Below, piece by piece: positions 48,135 to 59,284 of a DNA stretch of 64,000 bases; positions within the stretch are counted from its first letter, which is position 1; each line of letters opens with the position of its first letter. Source of the stretch: Shigella phage ESh24. Both the position numbers and the translations under genes were made by a program. The notes beneath the pieces were generated by a model. That model had not been told where the DNA came from. It saw nothing but the letters and a program-made list of their open reading frames with translations, and did no database searches. The DNA is taken from sequence record ON528734; one strand, written 5' to 3'.

Positions 48135-48810
48135 ATGAGCACAGTTTTTAATACAAATCCAGTTGATGTTTTAAAAGAACCTATGTTTTTTGGTTCAGGT
48201 CTTGGTATTGCGCGTTATGATATTCAGCGGCATCGAGTATTTGAAGAACTTACTGAGAAGTCTTTATCATTTTTCTGGCGTCCTGAAGAAGTAAACTTAA
48301 TGATGGATGCTGCGCAATTTAATAAGCTTCCTCAGTATCAGCAAAATATTTTTACTAATAACCTGAAGTATCAATCACTTTTGGATAGCATTCAGGGTCG
48401 TGCGCCATCTGCTGTACTTATGTCATTAATTTCAGACCCGAGTCTTGATACATGGGTTGCTACATGGACTTTTAGTGAAACTATTCACAGTCGTTCATAT
48501 ACACATATCATGCGAAATCTTTATACTGATCCATCGAAGGTATTTGATGAGATTGTATTAGATGAAGCTATTATGAAACGCGCTGAATCCATTGGACGTT
48601 ATTATGATGATGTTCTGATTAAAACCCGTGAATGGGAAAATGCTAAAGAATTTGTAGAACTAGCTAAAGAATCTCCTGATGCCGACTTTCGTTTAAACAG
48701 GGCTATTAAACAAGAAGCCGAAGCTAAACGCGCTTTAATGAAATCTCTTTACCTCTGTTTACACGTTATTAATGCCTTAGAAGCTATTCGTTTTTATGTA
48801 TCTTTTGCGT
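48135..48810 (+). CDS. nrdB: ribonucleotide reductase small subunit, exon 1
   Basis: 225 codons plus 1 nt, ..ALEAIRFYVSFA then T of a split Cys codon; ORF-track stop 48810-48812 spans the splice site. Confidence 0.9.
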
Positions 48811-49895
48811 AAAATGCGCCTTTAAACGGTAACGTTTATCGAAAACTCCTTTAATTGCTGGAAAGTCCTTTATAGGAAAACTAGCAGCCAAGGTTTTGCT
48901 TGCACCTTTAATTAGTATAATATGATTATACTTTTAAGAGGATGCACAATTGAACTATAGAAAAATTTGGATAGATGCTAACGGACCTATACCTAAAGAT
49001 TCTGATGGAAGAACATACGAAATCCATCATAAAGACGGTAACCGTGAAAATAATGATTTAGATAATTTGATGTGCCTTTCTATACAGGAACATTATGATA
49101 TACATTTAGCTCAAAAAGATTACCAGGCTTGTCATGCTATAAAGCTTAGAATGAAATATTCTCCTGAAGAAATTTCTGAATTAGCTTCTAAAGCCGCAAA
49201 ATCTAGAGAAATCCAGATTTTTAATATCCCTGAAGTACGAGCTAAAAATATTGCCTCTATTAAATCTAAGATAGAAAATGGTACATTTCATCTTTTAGAC
49301 GGTGAAATACAGCGTAAATCTAATTTAAATAGAGTTGCATTAGGTATACATAATTTTCAACAAGCTGAGCATATTGCAAAAGTTAAAGAACGCAATATTG
49401 CAGCTATAAAAGAAGGTACTCATGTATTTTGCGGTGGTAAAATGCAGTCAGAAACTCAATCAAAACGGGTAAATGACGGTTCACATCATTTCTTGTCAGA
49501 AGACCATAAGAAAAGAACATCAGCAAAAACATTAGAAATGGTTAAGAACGGGACCCATCCTGCACAAAAAGAAATCACATGTGATTTCTGCGGTCACATT
49601 GGTAAAGGTCCTGGATTTTATCTAAAACATAATGACAGATGTAAATTAAATCCAAATAGAATTCAATTGAATTGTCCATATTGTGATAAGAAAGATTTAT
49701 CACCATCAACATATAAACGATGGCACGGCGACAATTGCAAAGCAAGGTTCAACGACTAGTCTTCGGACGTAGGGTCAAGCGACTCGAAATGGGGAGAATC
49801 CCTCTGGGATTGTGATATAGTCTGGTCTGCATAGTAATATGTAGCAGTTCATAAGAGAACGGGTTGAGAATTAGCGAGCTCAATCGAACATAACG
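48811..49895 (+). mobile_element. nrdB group I intron, long form (1085 nt) carrying full-length I-TevIII
   Basis: Splicing 48810 to 49896 gives [32 protein letters not shown] (R2 iron-ligand region); 3' core tagggtcaagcgactcgaaa and gatatagtctggtctgcat parallels the td intron; ends ..cgaacataacg. Confidence 0.85.
48950..49759 (+). CDS. I-TevIII: HNH homing endonuclease I-TevIII, full length
   Basis: 269 aa; TTG start with SD AAGAGGA 7 nt upstream; HNH EIHHKDGNRENNDLDNLMCLSIQEHYDIH; C-terminal Zn fingers CDFCGH..HNDRC and CPYCDK..HGDNC. Confidence 0.85.
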   Translation: MNYRKIWIDANGPIPKDSDGRTYEIHHKDGNRENNDLDNLMCLSIQEHYDIHLAQKDYQACHAIKLRMKYSPEEISELASKAAKSREIQIFNIPEVRAKNIASIKSKIENGTFHLLDGEIQRKSNLNRVALGIHNFQQAEHIAKVKERNIAAIKEGTHVFCGGKMQSETQSKRVNDGSHHFLSEDHKKRTSAKTLEMVKNGTHPAQKEITCDFCGHIGKGPGFYLKHNDRCKLNPNRIQLNCPYCDKKDLSPSTYKRWHGDNCKARFND

Positions 49896-50398
49896 GTACC
49901 TTTAACTTCCATAAGAACATGGAAATCATGGAAGGTAATGCCAAGATTATGAAGTTCATTGCACGCGATGAACAGCTTCACCTTAAAGGCACCCAATATA
50001 TTATTCGTCAGCTTCAATCCGGTACTGATGGTGATGAATGGGTTAAAATTGCCAAAGAGTGTGAACAAGAAGCAGTTGATATTTTCATGGAAGTTAACCG
50101 CCAAGAAAAAGATTGGGCAGTTCATTTATTTAAAGATGGCGATGTTCCTGGATTAAATACAAATAGCATGTGGAGCTTTATTGATTACTTAACTGTATCT
50201 CGTATGAAACAGTGTGGTCTTCCATGCCCGATTACCGATGCTCCGGTTAAACATCCATATCCTTGGATTCGTGAATACCTTAATTCTGATAATGTTCAAT
50301 CCGCGCCGCAAGAAGTAGAACTGTCATCTTATCTTGTTGCACAGATTGATAATGATGTTGATGATAAAGTTATGATGAGTTTTAAAAAATACTTTTAA
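49896..50398 (+). CDS. nrdB: ribonucleotide reductase small subunit, exon 2
   Basis: Starts with GT completing the Cys codon, then [33 protein letters not shown]..; exons total 392 aa. Confidence 0.9.
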
Positions 50399-50402
50399 GG
50401 AG

Positions 50403-50422
50403 TGGGCCGCAAGGCCCATTTT
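50403..50422 (+). terminator. GNRA hairpin plus T-run after nrdB
   Basis: tgggcc-gcaa-ggccca then tttt. Confidence 0.7.
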
Positions 50423-50425
50423 ATT

Positions 50426-52013
<1,588 letters not shown>

Positions 52014-52017
52014 GTTG

Positions 52018-52046
52018 TTTACAAGTCCCTCATGCTGTGTTATAGT
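52018..52046 (+). promoter_or_regulatory. T4-type early promoter
   Basis: -35 TTTACA 52018-52023, 17 nt, -10 TATAGT 52041-52046. Confidence 0.6.
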
Positions 52047-52077
52047 AGTCTTACTGACATAACATGAGGACTTTATG

Positions 52078-52581
52078 ATGGATTTGCAGCTTATTACTAC
52101 TGAAATGGTCGTTGAAGCATACGGTGATACTACAGATGGGATTTCTGTATTTAAAGGAAATCGTCGAGTTGGATATATCACCGATCTTAAGAAAGATTTA
52201 GCTAAGCAAGTCAAGCGGAAAACGACCATTAAAGAATATCGAAATCGTCGTCTTGAGCAAGCCCGTGATATGCTTCCTGATGCGGTTGAGGAGATGAAAG
52301 TCTTTTTAGAAAATCAACTCGCTAAGTATGAGTGCGAAGTATTCATTAATCAGACTCAACCTAATGTTCATATCAATAGCTGCAAATGCTATATCATCGT
52401 TAATCCTTTGACGGGAAAACATCGTCTTGGAATTAGTAATCCAAATCGTAGCGCATCGGATATGGCAGAAGATGTTGAGGCATGCTTTAAAATTTCTAAA
52501 TCTCCGGCTGAACACCATATTTTAATTAACGGTCTTTCTCAAGACGATATTGTAGAGGTTATTAAAACTTTATGCAATTAA
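52078..52581 (+). CDS. alc: Alc, inhibitor of host (dC-DNA) transcription
   Basis: 167 aa from second ATG; MDLQLITTEMVVEAYGDTTDGISVFKGNRR.. matches T4 Alc. Confidence 0.9.
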   Translation: MDLQLITTEMVVEAYGDTTDGISVFKGNRRVGYITDLKKDLAKQVKRKTTIKEYRNRRLEQARDMLPDAVEEMKVFLENQLAKYECEVFINQTQPNVHINSCKCYIIVNPLTGKHRLGISNPNRSASDMAEDVEACFKISKSPAEHHILINGLSQDDIVEVIKTLCN

Positions 52582-52925
52582 GTAATACGACAGCAGGTTT
52601 GCTATTAATTGTAATAGCATTGGGCGGAACATCTATTATTTTAAAAAATAAGGTAGAAAGATTAGAAACATCAGTTACTGAAATTACAAAAACAGCCAAT
52701 GAAAACGCTTTAGCATTAAATAATTTGCGAATTCAGTATAATTATATTGATGCGATGAATAATAAAAATCGTGAGGCAATTGCTGCTATTGAGCGTGAAA
52801 ATGAAAAACTGCGCAAAGACGCAAAGAAGGCGGATGTGGTGGCTCATAAGCCAGGATTGGTTGAAAAACAAATCAACAATTCCTTCAACAAGTTCGCAGA
52901 AGACATCCAGGACCTTTCTAAATGA
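52572..52925 (+). CDS. pseT.3: i-spanin (Rz-like inner-membrane spanin subunit)
   Basis: 117 aa; N-terminal TM GLLLIVIALGGTSIIL then coiled-coil periplasmic domain; followed by a lipoprotein ORF. Confidence 0.75.
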   Translation: MQLSNTTAGLLLIVIALGGTSIILKNKVERLETSVTEITKTANENALALNNLRIQYNYIDAMNNKNREAIAAIERENEKLRKDAKKADVVAHKPGLVEKQINNSFNKFAEDIQDLSK

Positions 52926-53221
52926 TTAAACTATCGGCAGTAATATTATCTATTGGTCTTCTAGTTGGTTGTTCTACAAAGCCTCTAGAAGTAAAGAAAG
53001 AAACAGTTCATCCTAATTGGCCTGTACAAATAAAGTCATATGATGAAGCTAAACTATCTTGGCAAGTTAAAGTTATTGATGGTAAAGCTTGGGTCGGTAT
53101 GCCATTTGAAGATTCCCAGGAATTTCGTATTTGGCTTAATGATGTAAAACGATATGTACATGACCAGAAAACTATGATATGTTATTATCGTCAAGAGCTA
53201 AAAGAGGATAAATGTAAATGA
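52922..53221 (+). CDS. pseT.2: o-spanin (Rz1-like outer-membrane lipoprotein)
   Basis: 99 aa; lipobox LLVGC after signal MIKLSAVILSIG; ATGA overlap with the i-spanin. Confidence 0.75.
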   Translation: MIKLSAVILSIGLLVGCSTKPLEVKKETVHPNWPVQIKSYDEAKLSWQVKVIDGKAWVGMPFEDSQEFRIWLNDVKRYVHDQKTMICYYRQELKEDKCK

Positions 53222-53444
53222 TTTCATGGCATCAATTTGAACATCTCAAAGGATTGATTTATGAATCTGAGATGGCCGCAATGATTTATGGACGCCAGAT
53301 TCAACGATTAGAATCTTTACCTCCAACTAATGATGTTTTATTAGCTCAATCTCGGGTTAATCTTAAAAATGAATATCAAAATAAGTGGGGTAAAGCATCT
53401 AAAGACCTGCATGATTATATTCAATCATTGGTTGAGAAAAATAA

Positions 53445-53448
<4 letters not shown>
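53218..53448 (+). CDS. hypothetical protein
   Basis: 76 aa; ATGA overlap. Confidence 0.55.
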
Positions 53449-54669
<1,221 letters not shown>

Positions 54670-54670
<1 letters not shown>

Positions 54671-54867
54671 TGGCTTTGCACCATGAAACTTGGGCTATTG
54701 TTATTGTAAATAGCGGTTTAGTTGGTACTAGTAATGGGCAATTTTGTGTATTTACTAGTGAAAATAGAGCATGGGAGGAATGTCTTAAATTAAGAGAAAA
54801 GAATCCTGATGTTGAACTAGTAGTAAAGAAAACTAAACTGCCTTTACCATGGAAAACTTATGAATAA
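54670..54867 (+). CDS. hypothetical protein
   Basis: 65 aa from ATG 54670 (TAATG with pseT stop); track start 54640 is inside pseT. Confidence 0.5.
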
Positions 54868-55060
54868 CCTAGAAAAGATTTATCATCTTTGTGATAAAAT
54901 TGAAAAAGAAAAGAAATATCTATTTTGTTTATGGCCTATTGTTGATGGAAGAGTAGGCTTAGATGTTCTTGATTATGAAACAGAAGACAGAGTAGATGGT
55001 TCAACTTTTGATAACGCTTTAGATGTTATTGATTGGCTTGAAGAAAATTATGTGAGGTAA
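54860..55060 (+). CDS. hypothetical acidic protein
   Basis: 66 aa, overlaps previous ORF by 8 nt. Confidence 0.5.
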   Translation: MNNLEKIYHLCDKIEKEKKYLFCLWPIVDGRVGLDVLDYETEDRVDGSTFDNALDVIDWLEENYVR

Positions 55061-55062
55061 AT

Positions 55063-55338
55063 ATGTTTCCGACTTACTCTAAAATCGTAGAAGTAGTGTT
55101 TAGCCAAATTATCGCTAATAATATGTTTGAAAAACTTGATAATGCAGCTGAGCTTCGAATCCATGCTCAAGTGACTCATGTATTGAATACTTTGCTTCCA
55201 GACCAGGTGGATTCTGTTGCCATCACGTTGTATCCAGGTTCCGCGCATATCATTGTTGTATTCGGTCTTGATGCTGAGCTAGTCATCAAAGGCGATATTC
55301 GTTTTGAATCGCAGACAGCAGAATTCAAAGCAATTTAA
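55063..55338 (+). CDS. hypothetical protein
   Basis: 91 aa; ATG 2 nt after previous stop. Confidence 0.55.
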   Translation: MFPTYSKIVEVVFSQIIANNMFEKLDNAAELRIHAQVTHVLNTLLPDQVDSVAITLYPGSAHIIVVFGLDAELVIKGDIRFESQTAEFKAI

Positions 55339-55341
55339 TAG

Positions 55342-55370
55342 TTTACTTTACGGTAGAGTTGTGATATTAT
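55342..55370 (+). promoter_or_regulatory. T4-type early promoter
   Basis: -35 TTTACT 55342-55347, 17 nt, -10 TATTAT 55365-55370. Confidence 0.65.
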
Positions 55371-55399
55371 AGCTCTACCAAACAAATGAGGAAAACAAA

Positions 55400-55639
55400 A
55401 TGCTGCTAAGTGAAAAACCGATTACTGTTAAAGAATTCCAAGAAAAAGTTAAGTTATTTGCACAGGAATTGGTAAATAAGGTTTCTGAACGATTTCCTGA
55501 AACATCGGTTCGTGTTATTACCGAAACTCCTCGTTCAGTATTAGTAATTGTGAATCCAGGTGATGGCGATCAAATATCGCATCTTAAACTGGATTTTGAT
55601 GGATTAGTTGAAGCACAAAGGGTGTATGGCGTACTATGA
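55400..55639 (+). CDS. hypothetical protein
   Basis: 79 aa; SD GAGGAAAA. Confidence 0.55.
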   Translation: MLLSEKPITVKEFQEKVKLFAQELVNKVSERFPETSVRVITETPRSVLVIVNPGDGDQISHLKLDFDGLVEAQRVYGVL

Positions 55640-55974
55640 TGAATTTAACTGATATAATTGATAATTGTCTTGAAAATGATACTGGCGATCATAGAGCGCT
55701 TGATTCTGAAACAGCACAGTTCATTAGAATAACTTTAATGAATGATACTCTGGTGAATAGTATTCATCCTTCTGTGTATGATGCTATTATTGTGACGAAG
55801 TATCCAGTTGAGCTTCACAAAAAGATGGTTGGCGCAATTTTTATTGATAAGAAAAACCGCTTTAAAGACGGGCAGAATATAATTAGTTCTATTATTAAAA
55901 GTATAACTAAACTTCGTCACGAAATTTATCGTGTTGAAACTGCTAAATCTGCTTATCTGGTGATTATGAAATGA
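55636..55974 (+). CDS. hypothetical protein
   Basis: 112 aa; ATGA overlaps on both sides. Confidence 0.55.
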   Translation: MMNLTDIIDNCLENDTGDHRALDSETAQFIRITLMNDTLVNSIHPSVYDAIIVTKYPVELHKKMVGAIFIDKKNRFKDGQNIISSIIKSITKLRHEIYRVETAKSAYLVIMK

Positions 55975-56552
55975 AAGCGAGTACAGTACTTCAAATTGCA
56001 TATTTAGTATCACAAGAATCAAAATGTTGCTCCTGGAAGGTAGGAGCAGTAATTGAAAAGAATGGACGTATTATTTCTACTGGGTATAATGGTTCGCCTG
56101 CCGGTGGTGTGAACTGCTGTGATTATGCTGCCGAGCAAGGTTGGTTGTTGAATAAACCTAAACATACTATCATTCAAGGTCATAAGCCTGAATGCGTATC
56201 ATTTGGTTCAACTGATCGCTTTGTCTTGGCGAAAGAACACCGTAGCGCTCACTCTGAATGGTCGTCTAAAAATGAAATTCATGCTGAACTAAATGCAATT
56301 TTGTTTGCTGCACGAAATGGTTCTTCTATTGAAGGTGCTACTATGTATGTAACACTTTCTCCTTGTCCAGATTGTGCAAAAGCGATAGCTCAATCTGGTA
56401 TTAAAAAGCTGGTTTATTGCGAAACATACGATAAAAATAAACCTGGCTGGGATGATATTCTGCGAAATGCAGGTATTGAAGTGTTTAATGTTCCTAAGAA
56501 AAACTTGAATAAGTTAAACTGGGAAAATATCAACGAATTCTGTGGTGAATAA
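55971..56552 (+). CDS. cd: dCMP deaminase
   Basis: 193 aa; Zn motifs HAELNA and PCPDCAKAI. Confidence 0.95.
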   Translation: MKASTVLQIAYLVSQESKCCSWKVGAVIEKNGRIISTGYNGSPAGGVNCCDYAAEQGWLLNKPKHTIIQGHKPECVSFGSTDRFVLAKEHRSAHSEWSSKNEIHAELNAILFAARNGSSIEGATMYVTLSPCPDCAKAIAQSGIKKLVYCETYDKNKPGWDDILRNAGIEVFNVPKKNLNKLNWENINEFCGE

Positions 56553-56789
56553 TGAAATTTCGTTTGGTAAAGCTCACAGCAATTAGTTCTTATTCTAATG
56601 AGAACATCTCGTTTGCTGTAGAGTATAAGAAATATTTTTTTCTCTAAATGGAAACAGTATTATAAAACTGATTGGACTAGTATTGATAGACCATATAGTT
56701 GGAAATCTGATTTAGAAAAATGCCAAAAATTACTTTCCACTCTTAAAGAACGTGGAACAACTCATATTAAAACTGTAATAGGTAAATAA
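56552..56789 (+). pseudogene. small ORF downstream of cd (position of T4 31.2), apparent +1 frameshift at a T7 run
   Basis: ATG 56552 (TAATG with cd) gives MKFRLVKLTAISSYSNENISFAVEYKKYFFL* (stop 56645-56647); +1 frame continues FSKWKQYYKTDWTSIDRPYSWKSDLEKCQKLLSTLKERGTTHIKTVIGK* to 56789; removing one T of 56635-56641 gives one 78-aa ORF. Confidence 0.6.
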
Positions 56790-57098
56790 ATGAAACTGAC
56801 AACTGAGCAGAAAGTAGCAATTCGCGAAATTTTGAAAACTAAATTGTCCATGGGTGTTTCAAACGTAGTTTTTGAAAAGTCTGATGGTACTATTCGTACT
56901 ATGAAAGGTACTCGTGATGCAGACTTTATGCCAACCATGCAAACCGGTAAGTTGACTGAATCTACTCGGAAAGAATCTACGGATATGATTCCAGTATTTG
57001 ATGTTGAACTTGGTGCATGGCGAGGTTTTTCTATTGACAAATTGATTTCCGTTAATGGTATGAAAGTTGAGCATTTACTCCAATTTATTGGTAAATAA
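56790..57098 (+). CDS. hypothetical protein (position of T4 31.1)
   Basis: 102 aa; ATG 1 nt after the upstream stop. Confidence 0.6.
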   Translation: MKLTTEQKVAIREILKTKLSMGVSNVVFEKSDGTIRTMKGTRDADFMPTMQTGKLTESTRKESTDMIPVFDVELGAWRGFSIDKLISVNGMKVEHLLQFIGK

Positions 57099-57154
57099 AT
57101 GCTTTAAGAATTATTTGTTATTATTAACTCATCTGTTAACAAAAAGGAAAAACG

Positions 57155-57490
57155 ATGTCTGAAGTACAACAGCTACCAATTCGTGCTGTCGGTGAATATG
57201 TTATTTTAGTTTCTGAACCTGCACAGGCTGGTGATGAAGAAGTTACAGAATCAGGACTTATTATCGGTAAACGTGTTCAAGGTGAAGTTCCTGAACTGTG
57301 TGTAGTTCACTCTGTTGGTCCTGATGTTCCTGAAGGTTTCTGCGAAGTTGGTGATTTGACTTCTCTTCCAGTTGGTCAAATTCGAAATGTTCCGCATCCT
57401 TTTGTAGCTCTGGGTCTTAAGCAGCCAAAAGAAATTAAACAAAAATTTGTTACCTGTCATTATAAAGCTATTCCGTGTCTTTATAAGTGA
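57155..57490 (+). CDS. 31: co-chaperonin gp31 (GroES analogue for capsid folding)
   Basis: 111 aa [40 protein letters not shown]..; matches T4 gp31. Confidence 0.95.
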
Positions 57491-57498
57491 TATAAATA
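57491..57498 (+). promoter_or_regulatory. late promoter upstream of rIII
   Basis: Exact TATAAATA directly after the gene 31 stop, 140 nt before rIII. Confidence 0.55.
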
Positions 57499-57637
57499 AT
57501 AATATGAATTGGGTGTCGGAATAATAAGTTAACCGAACAATTCTATGTGGTAGTCTACAACTGAGAGATCTGTCGAAAGAAGATGAAATTCAGAAGAACG
57601 TGACTACCGAGTTTTAATCTCTAACGAGAATTTTTAA

Positions 57638-57886
57638 ATGATTAAACAATTACAACACGCTCTTGAACTGCAACGAAACGCATGGAATAATGGTCACGAA
57701 AACTATGGCGCATCTATTGATGTTGAAGCCGAAGCTCTTGAAATCCTGCGTTATTTCAAACATCTAAATCCTGCTCAAACTGCATTAGCTGCTGAGCTTC
57801 AGGAAAAAGATGAACTTAAGTATGCTAAGCCTCTGGCTTCTGCTGCACGAAAAGCAGTTCGTCACTTTGTGGTAACATTGAAGTAA
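57638..57886 (+). CDS. rIII: lysis inhibition accessory protein rIII
   Basis: 82 aa MIKQLQHALELQRNAWNNGHENYGASIDVEAEALEILRYF..; matches T4 rIII. Confidence 0.9.
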   Translation: MIKQLQHALELQRNAWNNGHENYGASIDVEAEALEILRYFKHLNPAQTALAAELQEKDELKYAKPLASAARKAVRHFVVTLK

Positions 57887-58283
57887 TTTATTGGAGATTC
57901 ACTGCCTTAGTGTGAGCTAAAATCGAGGAGCCATCGAACTGTCTGATTAATGATTTGCGAATCATTATAGTTTTAAGACCCTGGCAGTTTTATGGTGTAC
58001 CTCTTGAATGTTATTTTATAGCGGCAAGTGCATGCTACCCCGAGGTGATGGCCAATCGGGAGTACGCCTTAAGGCCTATATATCCATCAGTATATATCTT
58101 ATCCTCGAGTAATCGGACCCGGAACCTTTAAGCTAACGGTGTGCAACAGATAAGAGCTATAAGGTATGATGACGGGTTTATGGTTATCCTGGTCGTTAAA
58201 TATCCAAAAACCTATGTTCCCCTTGAGGGCTTGCGCAGGCAATGCCAATAAGTCCTGCATTTTCATTTAAAAGAGAATTTATA

Positions 58284-58460
58284 ATGGCAAAACAAGCTAA
58301 AGCAAAGAAAGCAGTTGAAAAGAAAGTTGGTGATTCTAAACGCGCTGGTTACAAGCGTGGGTCGAACTCTCGTATCAATCAAACTGTTGAGAAGATCATG
58401 CGCCGAGCACGTGCGGTTCTTCGAGATGATGCTTCTCGTTTTGGTAAGCAGAAAGCATAA
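58284..58460 (+). CDS. very basic 58-aa protein
   Basis: MAKQAKAKKAVEKKVGDSKRAGYKRGSNSRINQTVEKIMRRARAVLRDDASRFGKQKA from ATG 58284 (SD AAGAGAA); the upstream in-frame ATG 58242 lacks an SD. Confidence 0.55.
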   Translation: MAKQAKAKKAVEKKVGDSKRAGYKRGSNSRINQTVEKIMRRARAVLRDDASRFGKQKA

Positions 58461-58464
58461 GTTG

Positions 58465-58489
58465 AGGACTCCTTCGGGAGTCCTTTTTT
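58465..58489 (+). terminator. UUCG hairpin plus T-run
   Basis: aggactcc-ttcg-ggagtcct then ttttt; identical to 4526-4549. Confidence 0.7.
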
Positions 58490-58514
58490 ATTTTCCAAAG
58501 ATTGCATAAAGTTG

Positions 58515-58543
58515 TTTACAGTATGGTTCCTTTGTGATAGTAT
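58515..58543 (+). promoter_or_regulatory. T4-type early promoter
   Basis: -35 TTTACA 58515-58520, 17 nt, -10 TAGTAT 58538-58543. Confidence 0.6.
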
Positions 58544-58566
58544 TATCTTACACAAACAAAAGAAAA

Positions 58567-58578
58567 GGGCTTCGGCCC
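58567..58578 (+). other. UUCG hairpin in the 5' leader
   Basis: gggc-ttcg-gccc between the promoter and the SD GAGGAAAA of ORF 58597. Confidence 0.45.
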
Positions 58579-58596
58579 CTTACTGAGGAAAATATT

Positions 58597-58884
58597 ATGT
58601 TTATGACTACTTATTTTGATACCCGTAAAAATTTCTGTGAAGTGGTTTTCTCAAAGGCGCCTAAAGACCTTCCTGCTCATTTGCAACCTACCAGTGAATC
58701 GATTAAAAATTACGTTGATGTGGTTTGTCCTTTAGAATTCCGTACAGTAAATGGGCGTGATACTTTAGCTATCACTAAACTCAATCGTGAAATTGACATT
58801 GACCCTTCAATTGCGAGTGAAATTAACATTTCTGATATTGGCGGTGGTAATGTTAAATCACACGGCTTTCAGATGAGGTTCTAA
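58597..58884 (+). CDS. hypothetical early protein
   Basis: 95 aa from ATG 58597 (track GTG 58534 reads through promoter and hairpin). Confidence 0.55.
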   Translation: MFMTTYFDTRKNFCEVVFSKAPKDLPAHLQPTSESIKNYVDVVCPLEFRTVNGRDTLAITKLNREIDIDPSIASEINISDIGGGNVKSHGFQMRF

Positions 58885-59081
58885 TGAAATTCTTTTTAGG
58901 TCAAACTGTTGAATTAAAGGGAGTTGGTATACCTGGATTAATTTCTAAGGTTCTACCTCCATTTAAATGGAGTGGTATTCAAATAAAAGAGGCTTATATT
59001 GTTTCCTGGGTAGATGGAAATGAAGACCTTCGCATGGGTGATGAATTATCTCCTATTTACGGATTAAAGGAATTAGTATGA
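58884..59081 (+). CDS. hypothetical protein
   Basis: 65 aa; TAATG coupling. Confidence 0.5.
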   Translation: MKFFLGQTVELKGVGIPGLISKVLPPFKWSGIQIKEAYIVSWVDGNEDLRMGDELSPIYGLKELV

Positions 59082-59284
59082 ATATAATTAATAAGATTTT
59101 TGGAATTCAGTACATTAAGGTCACATATAAAGTAACAGATAAAAATCCATATACTGATGAACATGAAGAACCACGAGTTGAGTCTGTTATATTAGAAAAG
59201 GACCCTAACTGGCCAGTTGAATTTCGTCTTCCTTGCTATGGTCATTGGGCTGATGTTGAAATTATAAGTATTGAAAATGCCTGA
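59078..59284 (+). CDS. hypothetical protein
   Basis: 68 aa; ATGA overlap. Confidence 0.5.
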   Translation: MNIINKIFGIQYIKVTYKVTDKNPYTDEHEEPRVESVILEKDPNWPVEFRLPCYGHWADVEIISIENA

